A stretch of 64,000 nt of DNA from Nitrosopumilus sp. (GTDB lineage Archaea; Thermoproteota; Nitrososphaeria; Nitrososphaerales; Nitrosopumilaceae), in the NCBI GenBank assembly GCA_965224195.1, contig OZ245040.1, positions 1,088,001 to 1,152,000 of the forward strand, read 5' to 3'. Below are positions 10,773 to 19,250 of the stretch, piece after piece (the stretch's first letter is position 1; each line of letters opens with the position of its first letter). A model generated the notes under the pieces. It did no database searches and had not been told where the DNA came from. It saw only the letters and a program-made list of their open reading frames with translations. The translations under genes were made by a program, and so were the position numbers.

Positions 10773-12257
10773 TTGTCTGAAAAAGTTACACTTGAGATGC
10801 TAAAATCACACCTGTGGAAGGCATCAGACATTCTCAGAGGCAGTCTTGATGCATCAGAGTATCGAGAACCAGTAATGACCATTCTATTCCTAAAGCGACT
10901 AAATGATAGATTCGAGGAAAATGTTGAGAAACTGATTGCAGATGGAAAATCCGAAAAGGAAGCAAATCAAGACTTTAGACATGACTTTTTTGTTCCAAAA
11001 GAAGCAAGATGGGATAAACTATCTGCAGTAAGAAGCAGAGTTGGAGAAAAAATTGACAAGATTTGCAAACTAATTGAAAAATCAAATGAGAAGCTAGAAG
11101 GTGTTCTGACTAATACAAAGTATTCTGATCCTAGAAAGTATCCTGATGACAATTTAGCAAACTTGATTTCCCACTTTAATTCCCCACGATTAAGAAATTC
11201 CGATTTGGAGAAAGAAGATATTTTCGGGGATGCATATGAGTATCTCTTAGAGCAGTTTGCAGACGCAACAAAGAAGAAAGGTGGAGAGTTTTTTACACCA
11301 CGTGAAGTTGTAAATTTGCTTGTCAATTTGGTAGACCCCAAAGAAGGAATGAGAGTTTCAGACCCCACATGTGGCTCTGGTGGTATGTTGATTGTATCAC
11401 GTCATTACGTGGAGCAAAACAAGGGAAATCCACGTGACTTGGTACTAGATGGTCAGGAATCAAACTATGGAAACTTGGCAATGTGCAAAATGAACATGGT
11501 ATTGCATGGAATTTCAGACTTTACAATAGAGTATGGCGATACACTATCCAATCCTAGACAAGTAGATGGTGGAAAACTCAAAACATATGACAAGGTACTT
11601 GCAAATTTCCCATTCTCAATGGATTGGGATAACAACGGTGCAGAAAAAGATCCTTACAATCGATTCAGATTTGGCATTCCTCCTGCAAAAGGCAAGGCAG
11701 ATTTTGCATTTATTCAGCACATGTATTCGCAATTAAATGAAAAAGGTCAAGCTGCAATCGTCTGTTCTCAAGGCGTTTTGTTTAGGAGTTCAGTTGAGAG
11801 TAAAATTCGTGAAGGACTAATTGCAGAGGATGTAATTGAGGCAATAATTGCGATTCCTTCAAATTTATTCTTTGGAACAGGTATTCCTGCATGTGTTTTG
11901 ATATTAAACAAAAACAAACCAGCAAAAAGAAAGGAAAAAATAATTTTCATTTATGGTGCTAAAGATTACTTGGATGGTAAAAATAGAAACAAGCTTCGTG
12001 ATGAAGACATTACAAAAATAGTCAAGGCATTTTCTAATTTCAAAGATGTTGATAGATATTGCCATGTTGCAGATATTGATGAACTAAAAGAAAATGAGTT
12101 TAACCTTAATGTTCCAAGATATGTAGACATATCAGAACCTGAGGAAGAGATTGATATTCAGAATGCTTGGGATGAACTCAAAGAGACCAATACAGAACAA
12201 GAAAAACTAGAAAAGCAAGTAAAATCAGATTTGATGGAATTGGGAATAAATCTCTGA
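10773..12257 (+). CDS. hsdM: Type I R-M methyltransferase subunit M
   Basis: GEFFTP, DPTCGSGG, motif IV ANFPF, NLFFGTGIP. Confidence 0.97.
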   Translation: MSEKVTLEMLKSHLWKASDILRGSLDASEYREPVMTILFLKRLNDRFEENVEKLIADGKSEKEANQDFRHDFFVPKEARWDKLSAVRSRVGEKIDKICKLIEKSNEKLEGVLTNTKYSDPRKYPDDNLANLISHFNSPRLRNSDLEKEDIFGDAYEYLLEQFADATKKKGGEFFTPREVVNLLVNLVDPKEGMRVSDPTCGSGGMLIVSRHYVEQNKGNPRDLVLDGQESNYGNLAMCKMNMVLHGISDFTIEYGDTLSNPRQVDGGKLKTYDKVLANFPFSMDWDNNGAEKDPYNRFRFGIPPAKGKADFAFIQHMYSQLNEKGQAAIVCSQGVLFRSSVESKIREGLIAEDVIEAIIAIPSNLFFGTGIPACVLILNKNKPAKRKEKIIFIYGAKDYLDGKNRNKLRDEDITKIVKAFSNFKDVDRYCHVADIDELKENEFNLNVPRYVDISEPEEEIDIQNAWDELKETNTEQEKLEKQVKSDLMELGINL

Positions 12258-12317
12258 TTTGTAATATTTGTTCTACAAATTAGAAAATGTTTTGTGCAGT
12301 TATGTGTATACTATCAC

Positions 12318-12704
12318 ATGGAGATGATTATTCTAGTAGGCATTGCAGGAAGTGGAAAAACTACATGGTGTACAAAGTATTTGCCACACCATACAAGAAT
12401 ATCACTGGATGACATAAAAAATCATAACAGAAAACTGGAAGATAAGATGATAATATCTGAACTGGAAAAAGAAAATAATATTGTTATAGATGACACAAAT
12501 CTTACACGAGACATACGTGAAAGACACATTACAATTGCTAGAGAGTATTGTACTTTAGTAAATGCAATTTATTTTTGCATTGACATACAAAAAACATATG
12601 TGCAAAATTTCAAGCGTGAAAAAAAGATACCATGCTATGTTTTAGATCGCCAGAAAAAACAGCTTGAGATACCTCGTGAAGAAGAAGGTTTTGGGTTTGT
12701 CTAG
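12318..12704 (+). CDS. AAA_33 / polynucleotide-kinase-like P-loop protein, possibly 3'-truncated
   Basis: LVGIAGSGKTT, VIDDTNL, EEGF. Confidence 0.75.
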   Translation: MEMIILVGIAGSGKTTWCTKYLPHHTRISLDDIKNHNRKLEDKMIISELEKENNIVIDDTNLTRDIRERHITIAREYCTLVNAIYFCIDIQKTYVQNFKREKKIPCYVLDRQKKQLEIPREEEGFGFV

Positions 12705-12783
12705 TTTTTAAATACATGAAAACTTGTAATCAGAATAGCCCGTTTGACCAGTCTTAAAATATGATGTGAGATGTCGCTTGATA

Positions 12784-14013
12784 ATGAAAAAACCAAAAAA
12801 AGGTTGCAAACTAGTCAAGGGATTATTTGGAAAGGAGATCGAGATTCCAGAAGAATGGAAAGTTGAAAAATTCAATGATAGAATTAAACTAGAATATGGC
12901 TCAAGTTTAACAGCAGAACAACGAGATAATGCAGGTAATCCAGTATATGATTCAGGTGGAATTATTGGATTTCATTCTAAACCTATTGTGAATAATATAG
13001 GAATTGTTGTAGCAAGAAAAGGTTCTATTGGAAATATTTTCTATGAAAAACAAGATTTCTTTCCAATAGATACTGTATATTATATTACAAAAAATGAAAC
13101 GACATTCAATTTACTTTTTCTTTTTTATTACCTAACAAATATGAAATTAGAAAATCTTGCAATAGTTACCTCTAAACCTGGAATTAGCAGAAATGAAATT
13201 TACTCACTTAAAATAATATTTCCTCTACTTCCCGAACAGCAAAAGATTGCGTCAATCCTCTCTAGAGTTGACGCATTAATTGAATGTACACAAGAAGTTG
13301 TAAACAAAGCTGAGCTATTGAAGAAAGGTCTAATGCAGGAGCTTCTGACCAGGGGGATAGGGCATAAAAAATTCAAGAGGGTAAGGGGATTATTTGGAAA
13401 GGAGATCGAGATTCCAGAAGAATGGGAGATTAGAAAGTTAGATGGAATAGGAGAGTTAATTGGTGGTGGCACACCTGATTCTACAAATCTAGAGTATTGG
13501 AATGGAGAAATATTATGGGCAGTTCCCACAGATATTACAAAATTACAAACTAATCTGATTGAAAATACTGAAAGAAAGATTACAAAAAAAGGATTGGATA
13601 ACAGTTCTGCTAAATTATTACCTATCGGTACAGTTTTGATTACTTCTAGAGCTACCATTGGTAAATGTGCAATAACTACAAAATCCATTACAACCAATCA
13701 GGGATTTCAGAATATTATCTGTAATAAAGATCAGAGTAATTTATTCATATTTTATGTAATGAAACATAATCAAAATGTATTAGTGAGATTATCTTATGGA
13801 ACAACATTTTTAGAAATCAGCAAAAAAGATATGCGGAAAATGCTAGTATGTTTGCCGTATTCTAGTTACGAACAGCAAAAGATTGCGTCAATCCTGTCAG
13901 GAGTTGACGCATACATACAGAAGAACCAAGAATACAAGGAAAAGTTGGAGAGGCTTAAAAAAGGCCTTATGCAAAAACTGCTTACAGGTCAGATCCGTGT
14001 AAAAATCAAATAA
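12784..14013 (+). CDS. hsdS: Type I R-M specificity subunit, allele 2 (TRD1b+TRD2b), complete
   Basis: Two TRDs and a canonical LKKGLMQKLLTGQIRV C-terminus; follows hsdM. Confidence 0.95.
   Translation: MKKPKKGCKLVKGLFGKEIEIPEEWKVEKFNDRIKLEYGSSLTAEQRDNAGNPVYDSGGIIGFHSKPIVNNIGIVVARKGSIGNIFYEKQDFFPIDTVYYITKNETTFNLLFLFYYLTNMKLENLAIVTSKPGISRNEIYSLKIIFPLLPEQQKIASILSRVDALIECTQEVVNKAELLKKGLMQELLTRGIGHKKFKRVRGLFGKEIEIPEEWEIRKLDGIGELIGGGTPDSTNLEYWNGEILWAVPTDITKLQTNLIENTERKITKKGLDNSSAKLLPIGTVLITSRATIGKCAITTKSITTNQGFQNIICNKDQSNLFIFYVMKHNQNVLVRLSYGTTFLEISKKDMRKMLVCLPYSSYEQQKIASILSGVDAYIQKNQEYKEKLERLKKGLMQKLLTGQIRVKIK
12819..13425 (+). repeat. 40-bp perfect direct repeats bracketing TRD1b (12819-12858 and 13386-13425)
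   Basis: GGGATTATTTGGAAAGGAGATCGAGATTCCAGAAGAATGG occurs twice. Confidence 0.9.
13234..13430 (+). repeat. Long inverted repeat, right copy (contains site S3)
   Basis: Reverse complement of 5418-5614 except for a 7-nt block. Confidence 0.95.
13870..13911 (+). repeat. Palindromic hsdS site S4
   Basis: TGCGTCAA-TCCTGTCAGGAG-TTGACGCA. Confidence 0.9.
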
Positions 14014-14041
14014 TTTCTGAGTTATAACATATTAAAAATTA

Positions 14042-14248
14042 TTATTGTCTATCTTTATTATCGGATTTTTTCCAGATTTGTATTTGTCCACCATATACAT
14101 CATTGTCATATGCCATTGAAGGAATTTGAGCATAAAATCCTGTACGGCCAGTGCTAAAAGTTTTAGCTGGCAATAATACCTCATGTTCTTTGCCATCAGG
14201 CATTGTTAGTTTGGCTGAGACAAAATTTGGTTTCTCATTAGACATCAT
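14042..14248 (-). CDS. Small hypothetical protein downstream of the recombinase
   Basis: 68 aa with KTFSTGRTGFY motif, predicted beta-rich; co-oriented with the recombinase. Confidence 0.65.
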   Translation of the reverse strand: MMSNEKPNFVSAKLTMPDGKEHEVLLPAKTFSTGRTGFYAQIPSMAYDNDVYGGQIQIWKKSDNKDRQ

Positions 14249-14287
14249 TTGTTTTTGTTGTCTGTGGCTTGTTAATTAATTGAAAGT

Positions 14288-15217
14288 TTATCTGATCTCT
14301 ATTTTATACATTATTTTCTTAAATTCGGTAAATAACTCCTTCAATGTTGGTGTAAAGTAAATTCCATCAAGGCCATTTTTGTGACCCATTAGTTTCTCTG
14401 CAATGTTATAGTTTATGCTATTGTCCAGTTTTAGTATGGTATTATATCGCTTTCTAAATCCATGATCCGCTTGTACATCAAAACGATTGTCATACTTTAG
14501 TCTTGTAATGTTGCTTTTTTGTATTGTTCTGTATATTACAGAGCGAACTCCACTCCATCCTATCTGCTTAGGGCGAAATTTGCATGTAGCAAATATGGGT
14601 GTGTCTTTGTAAAATATCTCACCCTTACTTTTTCGATAGTCATGATATGCATTTACTGCTTTTGTTGCTTGTGGTGTGAGAAATGCCCAATATTCTTCTA
14701 TATCTCCAGCATAGAGCAGTACTGCTGTACAGCCATAAGGCATTTTCATCATATGTCTTATTGACAAATCATGATCAAAGATGCCTATCCTGGCACCAGT
14801 AACTGCAAAGAAATGAATTAACGCCTTGTTTCTAGGATTTGTTGCGCTATGTATTAGTTCTTTTACTTCTTTTGTCGTATATGCTCGCAAGCTTTGTGTC
14901 TTTTGTTTTTGTGGGAACATCTTTGTGATTATATTCCAATTGAGGCTGATCTCATTCATAACGCAAAAATGCTTTATGCCATGAAATTTTGACGGTATTG
15001 AGTTAGGATTTGTGGCGCGTTTTAGTTCAATCAAGTAATTTTCTAGCTTGTATTGTAATTCCAAATTAGGCATAGTAACTAATTGATTTTGATGTGAAAG
15101 ATCTGCAAATTTTAGAAATGAATCAAGATGTGCGGTATAATTCTTTTTTGTATATTTTGATTTGATTGATTCTTCAAATAATAGAGAACTACGTTGTTTA
15201 GTTAGTAAAATACTCAT
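14288..15217 (-). CDS. Tyrosine recombinase/integrase, intact
   Basis: Catalytic residues TGAR, HGFRK, LMGH and GIYF. Confidence 0.93.
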   Translation of the reverse strand: MSILLTKQRSSLLFEESIKSKYTKKNYTAHLDSFLKFADLSHQNQLVTMPNLELQYKLENYLIELKRATNPNSIPSKFHGIKHFCVMNEISLNWNIITKMFPQKQKTQSLRAYTTKEVKELIHSATNPRNKALIHFFAVTGARIGIFDHDLSIRHMMKMPYGCTAVLLYAGDIEEYWAFLTPQATKAVNAYHDYRKSKGEIFYKDTPIFATCKFRPKQIGWSGVRSVIYRTIQKSNITRLKYDNRFDVQADHGFRKRYNTILKLDNSINYNIAEKLMGHKNGLDGIYFTPTLKELFTEFKKIMYKIEIR

Positions 15218-15309
15218 GTATTACTTTATGGCAAAATGTTTATTTCTGCACGTATGTTTATGAAACTAGATTGTTTTGATTTTTATAATCATATTATTTT
15301 TACAGCATA

Positions 15310-15546
15310 TTATTTTACATTTCCTTTGTTGTGATCACCTACAAATTCATCCCTGGTTATTTCTACAGCTTTTAATATTTGTAAAAACAAACCTGGTTTT
15401 ATCATATTTTGGCCTGCAGGAATAGTTACACGTATACTGATATTTGCTAATGTAACATGACTGCCTTTTCTATTTTTTACAAAGAATCCCTTTTTAATTA
15501 AATATTTTATCATCTGGTTGCCTGATACTTTTGGAAGTTTTGTCAT
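15310..15546 (-). CDS. hicA: HicA-family mRNA interferase toxin
   Basis: KLPKVSG..MIKYL.KKGF...RKGSHV. Confidence 0.9.
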   Translation of the reverse strand: MTKLPKVSGNQMIKYLIKKGFFVKNRKGSHVTLANISIRVTIPAGQNMIKPGLFLQILKAVEITRDEFVGDHNKGNVK

Positions 15547-15752
15547 TACTTTAGTACAATAAGCATATTAAATTCATCTTGGCTGCTTTCAGATGCAAGC
15601 TCTACAGCTTCTTTGATATTTTCCATTATCTCGCCATACGTTTCGCCTTGAGAATAGGCATGTAATTCCTCACATGTGCCAACAAACCCGCCATCTTCTA
15701 CGTCTGCTGTAACTATAATGGTGTAAGTTTTTTTTTCCAGTGTAGTACTCAT
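15546..15752 (-). CDS. hicB: HicB-family antitoxin
   Basis: EDGGFVGTCEELHAYSQGETYGEIMENIKEAVEL; likely start MSTT at 15752; TAATG coupling to hicA. Confidence 0.9.
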   Translation of the reverse strand: MSTTLEKKTYTIIVTADVEDGGFVGTCEELHAYSQGETYGEIMENIKEAVELASESSQDEFNMLIVLK

Positions 15753-15824
15753 TGTATACACATTGTGCACATATGCAAATATATTAAATATACTGTTGAT
15801 TTTATGCATAATTTCAAATATGTT

Positions 15825-15977
15825 ATTGCATCAACTCCTGTCAAGGATTGACGCAATCTTTTGCTGTTCATAGATTAGAGGCAAGAGAATCAAAATTTGT
15901 TTTAGGTTTTTTTTGGATAGTCCATAAACTGAAACTCCTGTAACTCTTGCAACAATTTGTTTCGTGACAAAATTCAT
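15825..15977 (-). pseudogene. hsdS: Third hsdS fragment: 3' end of TRD1a plus site S5
   Basis: 15844-15977 matches 5589-5722 with 3 mismatches in 134 bp; the outer arm ATTGCATCAACTCCTG matches S1. Confidence 0.9.
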
Positions 15978-16190
15978 AGACGTGATGGAAAACATTTCAG
16001 ATTCTCTTGATGATAGTATGATGGAGGAAACTACATCAGTTTATACAGACAAGGGATTGACAGTGTAGCCATCAGAGATCATCTGAAAAACAAAAGCATT
16101 GTTCCATGCATTCCAAAAAGAGCTTTCAAGAAAAACAACAGTAAAAAATACAGTCACAAAAACTACAACAGGGCGAGATTTGTAGCGGAG
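15978..16190 (+). mobile_element. IS5-family transposase orfB fragment
   Basis: FIDVMENISDSLDD...VYTDKG, homologous to 17920..18316. Confidence 0.8.
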
Positions 16191-16990
16191 CGGATGATGT
16201 TGAATGCGTCTTTGAATGTCTCAGAGAGAGGCTCAGCTGAAATCTTTCTGTCCCTGTATGATTTTTGGCCTTCTTTAGAACCATAAAACTCTGCAAGTTT
16301 GATGCTTTCTGGCAGCGTATGTGGATACTGTTTGGCTGGAATGATCAATCGGGAATGTTTCTTGTTGGCTGAATCATACAGTGAATCATCATCATATGTA
16401 GGATCTGCCAGAATGTTTTGGAATAATCCTGCAAGCGGTTCTGTTATTGCATTGAATTTTTGAGAATCATGAATATTTGCAGTGCTAACATCAGAGAACA
16501 GCGGAACTACCAGTTTTCCAGTAGAGCCATCAGTATCAGTTCCTGCAACTGGAAGACGGTTGCTTCTGATGCCTGGTTTGTGCCAGGCAGGGCCTGCAGT
16601 TTTCAGCACGGAGATGTCAACTGGTGCAGATGTGTAATCGGCTAGTCTCTCTGAGACAGACAGACTGCCCATGGTGCTGATAATTTCAGATGTTGGAAGA
16701 TTCTGAAGTCTTCTGCCGACTGTTCTTCTGTTTGGGATCTGTTGCACCCTGCAAGCCTTGAGCAGTATGTAATCATTGCACTTGATTGAAAAAAATAACG
16801 AGACGTGTCGTTACTTGGAACTCTCATCCTAGACCTTGTGATGAACAATTGTATCACAAGAACAGTTGAACAGGCATACGGCCTGCCAGGCCTAACCATA
16901 TCCCCAACAAATACAATACTCCAGCCGGTTCTTTTGCGTCTTCGATAAAATAGATGAGTAGGCATGATTTTGATGGTGTTGCGTGGCGGT
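16190..16990 (-). mobile_element. Decayed DDE transposase, frameshifted
   Basis: GRPYACST, IPNRRTVGRRL, STANIHDS, ILADPTYD, YRDRKISAEP. Confidence 0.75.
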
Positions 16991-16994
16991 GAAT

Positions 16995-17351
16995 TTAGAA
17001 CATCTTGTGTTTTTTGGCTAGTTTGACTAATTTCTCAAAATCTTTTGGAGGAATAAAAGTAGCAAACTGAGCAAAAGTCCATTTACCTCTCATTCTTGGT
17101 TTGTCACCAATGATATTGTATCTTAATCTAAGCTCCTTTTTTCTATTAATTTGAATCTCATCTAGAATTATTATTTTTCCTTGTTCTGCTGAATCTTGTT
17201 GAATCCATACACATCTTAGGATTTGACAATTCTTGAGTGTCTTTTTGTTGTAATGTGTATGAAAGATAAACGGTGGTAGTTTTGGTAATTGTATTGTTCT
17301 ATCTTCTTCGGATAAACTGTAAACGTTTTCCAAGTATCCTGACTTTGTCAT
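16995..17351 (-). CDS. Hypothetical protein
   Basis: 118-aa ORF with ordinary composition. Confidence 0.55.
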   Translation of the reverse strand: MTKSGYLENVYSLSEEDRTIQLPKLPPFIFHTHYNKKTLKNCQILRCVWIQQDSAEQGKIIILDEIQINRKKELRLRYNIIGDKPRMRGKWTFAQFATFIPPKDFEKLVKLAKKHKMF

Positions 17352-17357
17352 TTTGAT

Positions 17358-18611
17358 TTATTCGTCTGTTGGTTTGTCAATCAATCTTTTTTGGATTTTC
17401 CAATAAGCCCACTGATAATGACTTTCTTCACATACAATGAACTCGTCTCAAAACAGATCATTTAGTAAATAATTGATGATCATTTAGATCTATGAACAGC
17501 AAAATCTCAAATCAATTCATGAAATTCAAAGAATTGACAGGCAAACAGTGGGAAATGATTGAATCATGTGCTCCTCCACCTGCAAAAACTGGCAGGCCAA
17601 GAGATACGGACAGAAAAATCATCAACGGAATCATTTATGTTCTGACAACTGGATGCAGATGGGATGACATGCCAAAAAAATACGGCGATGACTCCACTGC
17701 AAACAGAAGATTAAACTCTTGGCAGCAGAAAGGAATCTGGAAAAAGATTTTTCCTTCAATGATAAAATCAGCACATAAACAAAGCAAGGTTAATCTGCAA
17801 AGGATATCAGTTGACTCATCAAGTGTTGCTGCAAAAAAAGGGGCAACTGCATAGGAAGAGATGGTTTCAAGAAGGTTACAGGCACAAGGATTCATGCTGC
17901 CGTAGTAGATGGCAATGGATTGCCAGTATCCATACTATCGAGTCCTGCAAATACTCATGACAGTACGAAATTCATTGATGTGATGGAAAACATTTCGGAT
18001 TTTCCTGGTGATGAATCAGCTAAACAGATCACATCAGCATATGCAGACAGGGGATACGATTCAAAATCAATTCGAGATTATTTGAAAAATAGAAATATCA
18101 ATCCATGCATTCCATTTGGAAAAAATAACAATAAAGCAACAAAAAACAAGTCATACAAAAAATACAATAAAATTCGTTATGTTGTGGAGGGATTCTTTGC
18201 TTGGTTCAAAAATGGATTCAGAAGGACAGCAATCAGATATGAAAGAGCAGGCAGAAAATTATCTGGCATTTGTCAATATTGCATCATTTTTGATGTATTG
18301 TAGGGTTTTGAGATGAGTTGGACATAATCTTTGTCATTGTATTGAAACGCATATGGTTCGTTTTCTTCCAATAAGTATTCTTTAACTTTGATAGTATCGT
18401 TAACAACTTTAACAGGTTGAAGATTTTTAGAATAAAACTCAAACAATTCTCCCAACAAGGAAGTGACAATACCTGAAGTAGTTGAGTCACTTCCAACAGT
18501 ATAAAACGCTGATCTGTCGTTTGCTATTTGTTGAGATTTTCTTGGATTATCAAAACTTGTTAATTGACTCATACCACAATATCTCCATAATTCATTATTA
18601 ACTTTTTCCAA
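17358..18611 (-). pseudogene. Hypothetical gene interrupted by the IS5 element
   Basis: ...NDKDYV from 18273..18611 plausibly continues as IVCEESHYQWAYWKIQKRLIDKPTDE* on the other side of the IS. Confidence 0.5.
17440..18319 (+). mobile_element. IS5-family (IS427-group-like) element with two ORFs
   Basis: TIRs AACTCGTCTCAAAAC (17440) and GTTTTGAGATGAGTT (18305); orfA LTGKQW..TGCRW; A7G slippery run at the orfA/B junction; orfB ADRGYDS, RYE. Confidence 0.92.
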
Positions 18612-18615
18612 ATCG

Positions 18616-19203
18616 GGGCTTCCTAGAAATCATAATCCAAACCAAAGAAATGATACACATCCTGTGACAACAAGCCAACACACGGTACAGCAGCTCTTTT
18701 GTCTTCATGGTATTATCATACGATTTTATTTCAGAATCAAACCTTCTTTTTACTACAGAAAACATCGTCTCAGTCTTGTTTCGCTCATGGTACAATGAAT
18801 AATCAACTCTTCTCATCAATTTTCTGTATCCTCCTTTTGTTCTGTTAATCAGACAGTCTTTGTTTCTTGTAGGAATCATGGAAATAGTATTTTTACCTCG
18901 AATTCTCTTGTGAACTGGTTCTGCATCACGCCCATCCAGCCATTCAACAAATGACTCGTAGCTTTCTGACTCGTACTGTCCAAGGACTGGTAAAATGATG
19001 TGCTGGTGTATTGAAAATGTATGCTTTGATTTTGGATATACAAACAACGGAGCATTCATTTTCTTTAGAATCTGGCGCATGAGGGAGATCATCATGCGTT
19101 GGTGTTTGTTTTTCATGAAATGAGAAATGTGTAATTATTGATGGATCTTGATAATTAGTTTGATCTACAATTAGGTAAAATCTTGGTGATTTCCAGGAAG
19201 CCC
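18616..19203 (-). mobile_element. Internally deleted IS5-like element (non-autonomous, 588 bp)
   Basis: 17-bp TIRs GGGCTTCCTAGAAATCA / TGATTTCCAGGAAGCCC; transposase N- and C-termini joined (YHERNKTETMFSVVKRRF). Confidence 0.85.
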
Positions 19204-19250
19204 AGTAAACGCAGTTCTATCTTTTTATCCTGCACATAATATTTTGAATC

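Noticed and set aside
13884-13911. Canonical integron attC site
   Set aside because: Does not match RYYYAAC/GTTRRRY, is too short, and I cannot recognise the IntI-specific insertion in the recombinase; the resemblance is only structural
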